A program made the translations under genes and the position numbers. 64,000 bases of DNA from an uncultured candidate division Zixibacteria bacterium (lineage in GTDB: Bacteria > Zixibacteria > MSB-5A5 > GN15 > FEB-12): assembly GCA_963664195.1 (NCBI GenBank), contig OY760907.1, positions 1,152,001 through 1,216,000 on the forward strand, written 5' to 3'. Under the pieces are notes generated by a model that did not search any database, was not told where the DNA came from, and saw only the letters and a list, made by a program, of their open reading frames with translations. Every line of letters starts with the position of its first letter. The stretch's first letter is position 1. Below are positions 49,752-59,884 of the stretch, piece after piece.

Positions 49752-51842
49752 TTAGATTCCGTAGCAGAGACTGATTCGCACCGAGCGCGGGAGCGCCGGA
49801 TGATAATGGACGTCTTCCGTTTCGCCGGCAATCTCGCCGGCCAGTTTGCTTCCATAGTAGTACTGGATATCGTTGTCTTCTTCGTCGAACAGATTCAACA
49901 CACTGAACGCCAGCGTAATGTCATTGAATCGATAGGACAACGTAGTATTGACCATAGTTGAAGGCTCAGCCCGCCGGCCGTTGTCTTCGATAAGCGCATA
50001 CTCGCCGAAATGCCGGACTCTCACCGCACCGGCCAGCCCGCTGGGATGATCCCAGGTAACACCGGCTGAGAGCACGCTCTCGAGGGCTCCGGGAATACGG
50101 TCCTCAGCGCCGACATCTTTCAAGCGGGAACGGGTCAGGGCCAGATCCAGATCAAAAAACAACTGCCGACTGAAATTGAAGGCATTGGCAAACTCGATTC
50201 CTGTGCGACGGCTCTTGTCACTCGGCTCTGTCGCCCCGCCATCTCCGACGAAAAGCAACTCGGAGTCAAGTTCCAGCCACCAGAGGGCGACTGTCGACTG
50301 CAGGTTCTTCACCGGTGACACTCTCACACCAAATTCCGCTCCGGTTGAGCGCACCAACGCATCGACTTTCTCCGTCGCCTCGCCGCTCGTCGGATCCACT
50401 TTGATAGTCGCACCACGGGCGTCATTGCTGTGGAATCCCAGACCCGCGTTGCCGTAGAACTCAACTCCGGAGAACGGACCGACCGCCACGCTCAACTTGG
50501 GACTGAGTATGGCGTCCGTCTCCGTTCCACCGTTCTCAGCAAGGGAACGAGCATCGACATCAAAGTGAAACAGGTCGCCGCGAAGTCCAATCTCGGTACG
50601 AAGCTTGTCGGACCAGTGCGAGGATACACTGAAATACGCGCCGGTCGTCAACTGGGTCACTTCGTCCTCACGTATGGTCGAAACCCGACGACGCTGCTCC
50701 GTTGAGTAGAGGCCGATATCCTGAATGAAATCCGCCCGCATCTGGACCCCTGCCCTGATAGCCTGTTCGCGCCCGAGAGCGTGCGTGGCCATCGTGATGC
50801 CCGAACTTGCCCCGACAATCGTGCGATTGTCATATTGCTCGAACTGATCACCGGTTACACTGTCCGCCGCGAAGTAGGTGAAGTTGGAAAACAGATCCAT
50901 CTCGTATTTCACGAGATAGAAATTCGTCTGAAGCGAACTGCTTCCCATGTATCGATCCCAGATACCCGAAAGACTGTACCGGCTTGACGTACCACCGAGT
51001 GTTGAATCGATCTGGCCGTACGGCGAGATCAAACCGGACTCAACCGCTCGCCGCGGAATCTGATCGGAAGCGGCCCAGTCGTTATCGTAGCCGAGAAACA
51101 GGAAAGAGAAACGATCCCGTCCCTCGTCTGGCGTCGAGTATCGCGCCAGGATACTGGTCTTTTTGAGATTCTCCGGCACGTCCCACGGGCCGTCGTATCC
51201 CTTCATCTCAGCCCCGATCAGCAAATCCCCCGCGCCCGCTTTCTGGCTGATACCGGCAACTGCGCGACGGTAACCGTCTTCGCCGACCTCGAACTTGAGC
51301 AGGTTGCCATTCATTCGTTTCTTGAGATTGATTCGAGCCGATCCGGCACTACTGAAGTCACCTATATCCGCAGAATACACACCCTTGTGGAATTCGATAT
51401 CCGACACAAATTCAGGAACCAGGAAATGAATGTCCGTATATCCATGGCCGTGAGCATGCGTCGGCAGGTTGATCGGCATTCCTTCCACCGAAGTGCTGAA
51501 GTCCGTGCCGTGGTCGAGATTGAACCCCCGGAGAAACATCTGGTTCCCCTTGCCGCCGCCGCTGTGCTGAGTGGCAATAAACCCCGGGCTGGTTTCCAGC
51601 AGCTCCGCCTCGCGAAGCAGCGGGCGAAGCCGGAAATCCTCATAACTCACCCGCACTTCGGACGCCGAGGACGCGATCCCGGTCAGGTCCCTGTGACGTC
51701 CGACAACACGGATTGTATCTCCGAGATTCTCAACGCGGATCGAGTCCGGAGTCTCCTGCCGGCTATCCGCGAACAGACTCGGCATGGCCAGCAGCAAGCT
51801 GACCAACAGGGTGACGGAAAGAAGTCTTATTGATTTGATCAT
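49752..51842 (-). CDS. TonB-dependent receptor
   Basis: Plug motif 'QHSGGGKGNQMFLRGFNLDHGTDF', 'HAHGHGY' and 'NLFD...PRSVR'. Start set at MIKSIR. Confidence 0.9.
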   Translation of the reverse strand: MIKSIRLLSVTLLVSLLLAMPSLFADSRQETPDSIRVENLGDTIRVVGRHRDLTGIASSASEVRVSYEDFRLRPLLREAELLETSPGFIATQHSGGGKGNQMFLRGFNLDHGTDFSTSVEGMPINLPTHAHGHGYTDIHFLVPEFVSDIEFHKGVYSADIGDFSSAGSARINLKKRMNGNLLKFEVGEDGYRRAVAGISQKAGAGDLLIGAEMKGYDGPWDVPENLKKTSILARYSTPDEGRDRFSFLFLGYDNDWAASDQIPRRAVESGLISPYGQIDSTLGGTSSRYSLSGIWDRYMGSSSLQTNFYLVKYEMDLFSNFTYFAADSVTGDQFEQYDNRTIVGASSGITMATHALGREQAIRAGVQMRADFIQDIGLYSTEQRRRVSTIREDEVTQLTTGAYFSVSSHWSDKLRTEIGLRGDLFHFDVDARSLAENGGTETDAILSPKLSVAVGPFSGVEFYGNAGLGFHSNDARGATIKVDPTSGEATEKVDALVRSTGAEFGVRVSPVKNLQSTVALWWLELDSELLFVGDGGATEPSDKSRRTGIEFANAFNFSRQLFFDLDLALTRSRLKDVGAEDRIPGALESVLSAGVTWDHPSGLAGAVRVRHFGEYALIEDNGRRAEPSTMVNTTLSYRFNDITLAFSVLNLFDEEDNDIQYYYGSKLAGEIAGETEDVHYHPALPRSVRISLCYGI

Positions 51843-52183
51843 GATTTTGTGGCAACCTCCTTGCCTGACATTGATGATGTTCCCGGCAACAGACCGGACC
51901 GTGGTGCAGTGTGTCGAACAGGACTTCACACACCATATGCGCCGCTACGGAAATGTCAACACACAGGTTGTCAAAAGGACCATCAACTCCGCAAAAACAG
52001 TAAAAAACAGGCTTCACGTATATATGTTTGTATTACTTTTTGATGATTTTGCACGGTTTCAGAAAAGGTGAGCGAATGACTTCTGGAGAATCAAGCGCGC
52101 CTCCTCCCCATGTCCAATGTCCCACCGACGCCAACAAAGCCCTACCGGTTTGGAATGACTCTCTCTCTCCCGCGCACTAATTC

Positions 52184-52212
52184 TTGACATCTATGGAGGA
52201 AGCAGGTTTAAT
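52184..52212 (+). promoter_or_regulatory. sigma70 promoter TTGACA-N17-TTTAAT
   Basis: Near-consensus hexamers upstream of the metallophosphoesterase gene. Confidence 0.55.
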
Positions 52213-52234
52213 GTGCGCAAGAGAGGGCCTTATT

Positions 52235-53980
52235 ATGAAATCACTACTGCTATCCTGTCTGCTGTTAGTCTTGTCGCTGTTGACCGCCAACGCCCAGACA
52301 CCCTGCGATGACATTGCCGAACATCCTATCAGGTTCGCTATTCTCGGAGATCGAACCGGCGAACACGTTCCGGGCGTATTCGGCGCCTGTGTGGAGGAAG
52401 TCGCCCGACTTCGACCGGATTTCGTCATGACGGTCGGTGACGCAATTGAAGGGTACACCGCCGATACTGTCGAATTGCGCAAGGAGTGGCAGGAATACTT
52501 CCAGATTATTGAGCCGCTCAAAATGCCTGTCTATCACACACCCGGCAATCATGACATCACTTTCGATGCCATGGAACCGTTTTATCGGTCCGTCATGGGA
52601 AAGCCAGATTACTCCTTCGACCATCGAGGCGTGCATATCATCGTGCTGGACAACAGCCGGCAGGACGCCCCGAACATCATCGCCGAAGAACAACTCAACT
52701 GGCTAAGAAATGACCTCGAGTCGCATGCCGATGCCTGCTACACTATAGTGTTCTTCCACCAGCCGTTCTGGTATCGAACTCTTGGCGACGGCAAACCGGA
52801 TGTCCTGCACGACATGTTCAAAACCCACGGAGTCGATGCGGTCTTCAATGGCCATTTCCACAAGTACTTCTCTGCTGAGTTTGACGGTATCAAATACACT
52901 GCCTTCGGTAGCTCGGGAGGAAGTACCGAGGAAAGCCCCGACGGCCTCCTGTACCATTTTGGATGGGTGACAATCGACGGCGAGGGCATTCACTCGGTGC
53001 CGATCAAGAAAGGCGCGGTGTTGCCATGGGACGCACAGCGGGTCGGAGATCTTCGCACTGCCTATCTCGTCCGGCAATTCGGTATGCAGTTTGTGGAACC
53101 GCTCCCCCTCGGCAATGACTTGACTCTCACATCACACACTATTGAAGTTGCACTGCAGAACCAGCTTCCCGGCATCACGCATACTGACACGCTGCGCTGG
53201 GATCTGCCGGAGGGCTGGACGGTCGAACCTGAGACGTTCGCCTACCAACTCACAGCAGATACACCGCTCACCCTGCCGTTCACTGTCAATTGTTCAGGCA
53301 AACTCTATCCGCTCCCGTCTTTGTCCGCACGCCTCCCATACATGGAAGGCGGCACAACGGTCATTAGCCGAACGCTCGAAGTCGCACGCACCCTGACCGG
53401 CACTCCAGCCATCGACATCGTCGTCGACGGTAAGCTATCGGAAACCTGCTGGCGTGAACCGCTCACGACTCTGTTCGACGGCAACGGCAATCTCGGCGAG
53501 CGAGATTCAGTTGCCGTCTACTTTTCATACGACAAGGATAACCTGTACCTGGGAGTGTATTGCCACGAATCAGTCATGGATTCGCTTCTGGCTGAGCTGA
53601 CCGGGCGAGATGCCGCGGTCTACGCCGAAGATGCGTTCGGGCTTCTCTATCAACCCGATCCTCCTCGCGGAGACGTGTACCAATTTTATGTCAATCCGCT
53701 GGGAACTGTCTATGACCAGCGCATCAGCCAACAATCCGACGGCTACTGGTCCGGCGATCCCTCATGGAACGGCGAGTACATTGTGAAAACAGACCGGGGC
53801 GACGACTTCTTCACTATCGAGGCCTGCATTCCGATGTCCCAACTCGGTGTAACAATCGAATCAGGAGAGACCTGGCGGGTGAACTTCCGGCGCAAACAAC
53901 ACCGCTTGAATGACTCCTATGCCCTGCAGGTTCCGTGGAGCTATGACCCGTCGACTCTGGGAGCGCTGCGATTCAAGTAA
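52235..53980 (+). CDS. Secreted calcineurin-like metallophosphoesterase with C-terminal CBM9-like domain
   Basis: Motifs GD, GD, GNHD, H and GHFH; C-terminal 'VDGKL.E..W', 'YDKDNLY', 'NPLG' and 'IE..IP'. Confidence 0.85.
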   Translation: MKSLLLSCLLLVLSLLTANAQTPCDDIAEHPIRFAILGDRTGEHVPGVFGACVEEVARLRPDFVMTVGDAIEGYTADTVELRKEWQEYFQIIEPLKMPVYHTPGNHDITFDAMEPFYRSVMGKPDYSFDHRGVHIIVLDNSRQDAPNIIAEEQLNWLRNDLESHADACYTIVFFHQPFWYRTLGDGKPDVLHDMFKTHGVDAVFNGHFHKYFSAEFDGIKYTAFGSSGGSTEESPDGLLYHFGWVTIDGEGIHSVPIKKGAVLPWDAQRVGDLRTAYLVRQFGMQFVEPLPLGNDLTLTSHTIEVALQNQLPGITHTDTLRWDLPEGWTVEPETFAYQLTADTPLTLPFTVNCSGKLYPLPSLSARLPYMEGGTTVISRTLEVARTLTGTPAIDIVVDGKLSETCWREPLTTLFDGNGNLGERDSVAVYFSYDKDNLYLGVYCHESVMDSLLAELTGRDAAVYAEDAFGLLYQPDPPRGDVYQFYVNPLGTVYDQRISQQSDGYWSGDPSWNGEYIVKTDRGDDFFTIEACIPMSQLGVTIESGETWRVNFRRKQHRLNDSYALQVPWSYDPSTLGALRFK

Positions 53981-54134
53981 TACGATTGCGGGGGTTCGTG
54001 TTGCCATGCTGCCGGACAGATCGCCGCACGGCACGCGAAACCTTGCGACGAATGGTAGGCTCAGGTCGCGCTCTTTAAGTCTTGTCGGCAACGTATCACT
54101 GATCAATGGTGTCTTTTTATCAAAGGAGGTGCTC

Positions 54135-54842
54135 ATGTCAGAAGAACCTGTTGGGTGCGCCAAACCCACCGGGACAGTTATTGGAGAGACTGTCGAGAAC
54201 AAAACACAGGCTGAACAGACCGAATCAGGAGGTGCCAGCATGGTACAAGTACGAGTGGGAGGAAAAGCCCCGGATTTCGAGGCTCCGGCATTTCACAAAG
54301 GGAAATTCGTTAACGTAAAACTGTCAGATTACCTGGGAAAGTGGGTCCTGCTCTGTTTCTACCCGGGCGATTTCACTTTTGTCTGACCAACAGAACTGTC
54401 GGCGGTCGCCGGCAAAGTTGACGAGCTGGGCAAGCTCGGCGTTGAAGTCCTTTCAGCTTCAACTGACAGTACCTTCGTACATAAGATTTGGGTCGAAGAA
54501 GAACTCTCGAAAATGACCAAAGACGGTATCCCCTGGCCAATGGTTTCCGATGGCGCCGGTAACCTCGGCAAAGTCTACGGTGTCTACGATGAAGGCAACG
54601 GAGTCAATATCCGCGGTCGGTTCCTGATCGATCCGGACGGCGTCGTGCAGGCCATGGAGGTCATGACACCGCCGGTCGGTCGCAAGATCGAGGAAACGAT
54701 TCGCCAGGTCCACGCCTTCCAGCACGTGAGAAAAACCAAAGGGGCCGAGGCCTGTCCTGCCGGATGGGAACCGGGCGACGCAACCCTCAAACCGGGCCCG
54801 GATCTTGTGGGCAAGGTCTGGAAAGTCTGGCAGCCCGAATAG
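54135..54842 (+). CDS. prxU: Selenocysteine-containing peroxiredoxin (AhpC/PrxU-like); in-frame UGA at 54384-54386
   Basis: The two ORF-track fragments join in frame as [13 protein letters not shown], at the peroxidatic Cys position. Resolving 'EACPAGW' is present. AGGAGG SD; SECIS-like hairpin after the UGA. Confidence 0.9.
54398..54413 (+). promoter_or_regulatory. Bacterial SECIS-like hairpin (GUCGGC-GGUC-GCCGGC)
   Basis: Starts 11 nt after the UGA; GU-containing apical loop. Confidence 0.75.
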
Positions 54843-54871
54843 GGCAGTCGGCTCTTGTATCGTAATGTCAG

Positions 54872-54912
54872 AAAGCAACCCCGGAGTAATCTTCTTTCCG
54901 GGGTTGCTTTTT
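54872..54912 (+). terminator. Intrinsic terminator after prxU
   Basis: aaagcaaccccgga/tccggggttgcttt stem plus a T-tract. Confidence 0.85.
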
Positions 54913-54975
54913 CCCTGACAGACACTTGCGTTCAGAAGCCAGTTCTACGTTATTCCGATAGCGGGAAGAAGGACC

Positions 54976-55371
54976 ATGAGATTTCGTAGCCACATATTCA
55001 ATTCGTCAATCCGCCGCACCGGTGTCTGCCTTGTGGCTGTCTGGCTGTTTGCCGCCGTTACGAATATCGACCGCCTTCACAACCACCACACCCTGGGACA
55101 CGGCAGTCTGTGCGATACCGACCTGCGTTGTGAGTCTCACTCTTCAAAAGACCCCGGTCGCCTTGTCCTGATTGAAGACGCCCTTGGCTTCCATGACGCT
55201 GCCACGTGCGCCGCGTGCCAACTCTGGTCTGTGCTCTCTTCCTCGGACTTCGTCCATCCGTCGCCAACCTTAGTCGACAACCCTGAAACTCCCCTCTGCG
55301 AACGAGGACAGGCACAACGTCTTCTGACAACTCTGCTCGCCTCATGCGGACGCTCTCCTCCCCTTTCGTAA
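54976..55371 (+). CDS. DUF2946/CruR/CutF-like His/Cys-rich leader protein with C-terminal RSPP motif
   Basis: N-terminal hydrophobic segment, HNHH, CAAC (CxxC) and a C-terminal GRSPP-LS; directly upstream of a TonB receptor. Confidence 0.75.
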   Translation: MRFRSHIFNSSIRRTGVCLVAVWLFAAVTNIDRLHNHHTLGHGSLCDTDLRCESHSSKDPGRLVLIEDALGFHDAATCAACQLWSVLSSSDFVHPSPTLVDNPETPLCERGQAQRLLTTLLASCGRSPPLS

Positions 55372-55504
55372 GCTTTTCACTCTCCAAACACGACCGGCAG
55401 GTCCGGTCCTAACATCTGCGCCTGGCGCAATCCGCCTCCCCTGATCACATACGATCAGCTTTGGAAGATTGCCCCGGTGTGCTAATTGCTTCGAAAGGCT
55501 AAAC

Positions 55505-57877
55505 ATGTTGTTCTATACAATCCGCAGATTTTCTGCCGTGCTGTCCGTTGCTGTCATTCTGATGCTGGCTGTTACTCCCCCGTTGGACGCAGAAGCCGCA
55601 TCGCAGGGGGCTGTCGTGCATGGAGTCGTCACCGATGAAAACGGTCACTCCCTTGGCAACGCCACGGTAACCGTCCCCGCACTTGACATGGCAATTCGAG
55701 TCGACTCTGACGGGGGCTTCAAACTCGCCGGTCTTCCCCGGACGATGATTCAAATCGAAGTCAGCCATGTCGGCTACTCATCAGCAATCGTCGAAATCAA
55801 CCCGACCGAGGCCGCTGAGTCGCCGTTGACCGTGGTGCTCAAACAAAGAGTCGTACCGGTCGGACAGATCACGGTCACCGGATCACCTACCGCAGCAGAT
55901 CCAATGAAATCGCCCCAGGACATACGGGTGGTGGATGAACAGCAGCTCGCTGCCTGCGAAACCGCATCGCTCGGCAAAGTGCTTGAGAGTATCCCCGGCG
56001 TCTCAAACATCAGTACCGGTCCTCAGGCCGGCAAACCGGTCATTCGCGGTCTGAGCGGCAATCGTGTGCGCGTGTTGCAAGACGGGGTTCCGATGGAACA
56101 CTACCAGTTTTCCTTCCGCCACCAACCGGTGCTCAATCTCTCGCAGGCAGAGAGAGTTGAAGTCATACAGGGAGCTGCCAGCATCCTTTACGGTTCCGAC
56201 GCCCTCGGCGGAGCCGCGAACGTGATAACCAAACGCCTGCCGGGTGCGCAACCCGGCGCATCCTACCTGACCGGACAGCTCAAAGGACAGTTGTTCTCCA
56301 ACAACGGCGAACGTGCGGGCACGGTTGAGTTTGAAGGCGCATCGGGTACCGTCGGCTACCGCGCCGGATTCACCGGACGACGGGCGGATGATTTCCGCAC
56401 CCCCGACGAGCCGACGTATGCCGAAACGCACGCACCGGGCGATCCGAAATTCACCGGCGAACTTCCGTTCACCAATTTCGATCAACTCTCTGGCTACGCT
56501 ATGATCGGCGTCACCAGATCTTTCGGGAATGCCTGGGTCGAGTTTGACCGTTACGACAGTGAACAGAATTACCTCCTTGGCGACGGCAACCCGATCGGCC
56601 AGAACATAGAGAACGACAATCTAAAAGTAAGGGGCAATCTGCTTCTCAGCCCCAAAGTCACTATCAAACCGACGCTATCCTTCCAACGCAACGTCCGCCA
56701 GGCGAAAGAAGGTGTCGGGTTCGAAGACGACCCCGAATGGGCCGTTGATCTGGTCCGCTCTGTGTACGCGGTTCGCCTTGATCTCGTTCACAACGATGTA
56801 TGGGGACTCGACGGCACTGTTGGTGTTGATCTGAACGTGCAGAATCAGGAAACCCGCGCCTCCGGTCTGCTCCCCAACGCCGACCTGTTTGATCTCGGCG
56901 TGTACGCATTCGAGGAATGGTCTTTCGCCAAACTCACCACAAACGCCGGACTCCGGTTCGACTACCGCGAACACGAGGCTGAAGCAAACCCGGCCATGCT
57001 GCTTCCGGACACTGCTGGCGGCGAAACCGACGACGTTCTGACGCAGGAGTACTCCGTGATGTCCGGTTCTGCAGGTGTTGGCTATCGGCTCAGCGACTTC
57101 CTGACGCTCGCCACAAATCTCGCCGTGGGATTCAGAGCACCGGACCTGTTTGAACTTCACGCGCACGGTATCCACGGCGGCGTGCAGGCCTTTCAAATCG
57201 GCAACCCGTACCTGAATCCGGAACGCAGCTACAGTCTCGACGGCAGCGTGAGGTTCCGCACCGAGACTGCGACCGCACGCGCCACCGTCTACTACAACCG
57301 CATCGACAATTACATATTTCTCCGCAATCAGGGTCGAGACACAACTCTGGGATCGACAACGCTGCCAATTCTATCGGCGGATCAAACCGACGGTACCATC
57401 ACCGGAGTCGAACTCTCCGGTGAGATCGCAACCGCTTCATGGTTGCGAGTCAGCGCCACCTACGCCGCCACAACCAGCGACAACAAAGCTACCGGAGAGG
57501 AACTCCCACTCATGCCCGCCGACCGCATCACCGCCGGTGTACGATTCGAGATGCCCGGTCACAGTCTGGCGAAAGGCACTTTCGCGGAAGTGAAGATCCA
57601 ACACGCCATGGAGAAGAAATCGGCCGGCACCTACGAACCGTTCTCGCAGTTTGATGTCATACCGTTCGGCACGGCAAGCACCGACGCGTACACGCTGTGC
57701 GATCTCAGCCTCGGGACAACCGTCACCGTAAACAGACAACCCGTGTCAATCAATCTTGAAATCGAGAATCTCTTTGATAAAGCCTATGTTGACTTCCTGG
57801 ATACATACAAAGGATACGCACTGTCGATGGGGCGCAACGTTATCCTGAGAATGCAGGTCCCCCTCCGGATCCTGTAA
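55505..57877 (+). CDS. TonB-dependent receptor with N-terminal carboxypeptidase-regulatory-like domain
   Basis: Motifs 'GKPVIRGLSGNRV', 'YGSDALGG', 'FRAP.L.EL...G.H.G' and 'ENLFDK.Y...GRN'. Confidence 0.92.
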   Translation: MLFYTIRRFSAVLSVAVILMLAVTPPLDAEAASQGAVVHGVVTDENGHSLGNATVTVPALDMAIRVDSDGGFKLAGLPRTMIQIEVSHVGYSSAIVEINPTEAAESPLTVVLKQRVVPVGQITVTGSPTAADPMKSPQDIRVVDEQQLAACETASLGKVLESIPGVSNISTGPQAGKPVIRGLSGNRVRVLQDGVPMEHYQFSFRHQPVLNLSQAERVEVIQGAASILYGSDALGGAANVITKRLPGAQPGASYLTGQLKGQLFSNNGERAGTVEFEGASGTVGYRAGFTGRRADDFRTPDEPTYAETHAPGDPKFTGELPFTNFDQLSGYAMIGVTRSFGNAWVEFDRYDSEQNYLLGDGNPIGQNIENDNLKVRGNLLLSPKVTIKPTLSFQRNVRQAKEGVGFEDDPEWAVDLVRSVYAVRLDLVHNDVWGLDGTVGVDLNVQNQETRASGLLPNADLFDLGVYAFEEWSFAKLTTNAGLRFDYREHEAEANPAMLLPDTAGGETDDVLTQEYSVMSGSAGVGYRLSDFLTLATNLAVGFRAPDLFELHAHGIHGGVQAFQIGNPYLNPERSYSLDGSVRFRTETATARATVYYNRIDNYIFLRNQGRDTTLGSTTLPILSADQTDGTITGVELSGEIATASWLRVSATYAATTSDNKATGEELPLMPADRITAGVRFEMPGHSLAKGTFAEVKIQHAMEKKSAGTYEPFSQFDVIPFGTASTDAYTLCDLSLGTTVTVNRQPVSINLEIENLFDKAYVDFLDTYKGYALSMGRNVILRMQVPLRIL

Positions 57878-57987
57878 CCAACATTCCGCTACGAACACAT
57901 ACGTACCCCGGAATCGCTGAGGTTCCGGGGTTGCTTGTGCGTTGCGCCAGTGGAATGATTCCGGGGGTTGGGCAGTCTCACCGTAAG

Positions 57988-58827
57988 TCATTTCACAGCT
58001 AAGACGTCGATAAGCTTAGAGCAGCCCCCGTCGCACACATAATCGGCATGGTCTTCAACACTCGCAAACTTCCGTCCGACAATCCGGGAGCACTCGAATT
58101 CACCGCCGGTGCATCCCGCAAACCTTCCTATTACATCCGCGACTCCGGAACCCTTGAAATCGGCCTTGCCCTCAGGATTGGCACTGCCTGCCATGGCCGT
58201 CAACCAGATCGCCGCCCCCAGCGCACCACAGGCCCCCCCGCACAGACCGATTCCGCCCGCAAACCCGGCGGCCATTACCGCGTGCAAGTCAGACGCGCCC
58301 ATCTTCTGCGCCACCATCGCCGCACAACTGATCGGGCCGGGTGAGGCCTCGATACTCTCGTCGGAGAGAATCGCCTCTATTTCCCCCAATGCCACCGGAG
58401 CGTACCTTGCAGCCATGCGAAAACAACCGATGGGCCCGCCTTTCATGAAGAATAAGAAAATCGTCTTCGCTGTAGATGACTTATCCAGGTCAGTTATTTC
58501 AAAACAGTTGATACTCTTGTTGAGAACTCGAAAAGACTCCACCAGTCTTTGGGCTGCCACAACAGCCTTCGTTTCGGCCTGTGGACCCGGGCCAAACGTC
58601 CTGTACACCTGAGCCCCTGCGGCCAGCGTGGCACCCCAGATCATCCCACACTGGTAGCCGTGCTGCACAATCCCGCCCGCGAGCGGCGCGGCTGCGTGTT
58701 CCTCGGTTTTCAGCGGGTAATCATATGCAAGGTCGAGAACTCTCGACAGCGCTTCTGATCAGGTCCCCACTTTGAGAAACGTGCTTACGGTCCCCAGAGA
58801 GGATATTTCATAGTTCGATTCGGACAT
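57988..58827 (-). CDS. Two-domain C-GCAxxG-C-C family redox protein, probable selenoprotein (in-frame UGA at 58761-58759, codon 23)
   Basis: ATG at 58827 after AAGGAG gives MSESNYEISSLGTVSTFLKVGT-U-SEALSRVL...LAGG...GYQCGMIWGA...NC...C, followed by a second domain SCA...AGG.G.CGGACGALG...C...C. SECIS-like hairpin 11 nt after the UGA. Confidence 0.78.
58732..58747 (-). promoter_or_regulatory. Bacterial SECIS-like hairpin (GUCGAG-AGUU-CUCGAC)
   Basis: Perfect 6-bp stem starting 11 nt after the UGA, with the same geometry as the prxU hairpin. Confidence 0.7.
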
Positions 58828-58852
58828 CAGGTCTCCTTAGATGATCAGAAAC

Positions 58853-59821
58853 TCACACAGTTATTACGATTTTACCGCGCGTGTGTTCCTCTTCCATGTA
58901 TCGAATCGCCTCGGATGCCTCGCTCAAGGGATACTTCCTGTCGATCACGGGTTTGATCTCTCCGGTCTCAAGAAGCTTCCGAAGAAACTCCAAATCCCCC
59001 TGGTTTGGCCGAGCGACGTACGTAGTCAGTTTTTTGCCCCCGGACATCGAGACCAACGGCCCCAGGAGCGCGACCTGGTAAAATTGCGTCATTGCTCCAC
59101 CGGACGAAACAAAAACCCCTCCTGAGTTCAGGGCGCGCTTGTAGTCAAGAATAGCGTGATACCCGTTAGCGCCAAGTATCAGGTCATACCGCTGCCCATT
59201 CCTCGTGAAGTCCTCTTGAGTATAATCAATGACCTCGTCGGCACCTATGGATCTTGCCACATCCAGGTTTCTCGTGCTGCACACAGCCGTCACTTCAGCT
59301 CCGAATGACTTGGCGATCTGCACGGCGTAAGTCCCTACACCTCCCGACGCACCGTTGATCAGCACTCGCTGCCCCGACCGGATGTTGCCGTGATCACGAA
59401 GTCCCTGCAGGGCCGTCACTGACGCCATCGGCACCGCCGCAGCTTCTTCAAAAGAGACCCCTGACGGCTTGGAGGTCAACACGTCTTCGCGAGCGCAAAC
59501 ATACTCGGCAAACCCGCCTCCCCCCCGGCCGGAAATATCGCCGAATACTCCATCGCCAGACTTGAACTTCGTCACACCCTTGCCGACCGCCTCAACTCGC
59601 CCCGCGACATCGGCCCCGAGTATCGTGTGTTTGGGTCTGGTCAAACCGGCCATCAGCCGGATGAAAAACGGATCTGCCCTCAGCATGTGCCAGTCATACG
59701 CGTTTACTGACGCCGCATGGATTCTTATCAGAACCTCATGATCCCCGGGCGAAGGTTTCTCCACCTCCTTTAGCTCAAGAACATCCGGGGACCCGTATCT
59801 TTCGTAAACGACTGCTTTCAA
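58853..59821 (-). CDS. NAD(P)-dependent MDR-family oxidoreductase (quinone reductase-like)
   Basis: Motifs AASVN..D, GADVAG, INGASGGVG and 'RGKIVI'. Confidence 0.9.
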   Translation of the reverse strand: MKAVVYERYGSPDVLELKEVEKPSPGDHEVLIRIHAASVNAYDWHMLRADPFFIRLMAGLTRPKHTILGADVAGRVEAVGKGVTKFKSGDGVFGDISGRGGGGFAEYVCAREDVLTSKPSGVSFEEAAAVPMASVTALQGLRDHGNIRSGQRVLINGASGGVGTYAVQIAKSFGAEVTAVCSTRNLDVARSIGADEVIDYTQEDFTRNGQRYDLILGANGYHAILDYKRALNSGGVFVSSGGAMTQFYQVALLGPLVSMSGGKKLTTYVARPNQGDLEFLRKLLETGEIKPVIDRKYPLSEASEAIRYMEEEHTRGKIVITV

Positions 59822-59884
59822 GACATTCCTCCAATGCTACCCTGTTGCGAAAGTGACATCGGTCACTACCGGCGACAACGATTC

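Noticed and set aside
51763..52017. Cys/His-rich 84-aa ORF upstream of the first TonB receptor as a leader peptide
   Set aside because: No SD, it overlaps the putative promoter and the receptor start, and it lacks a RAPP-like motif.
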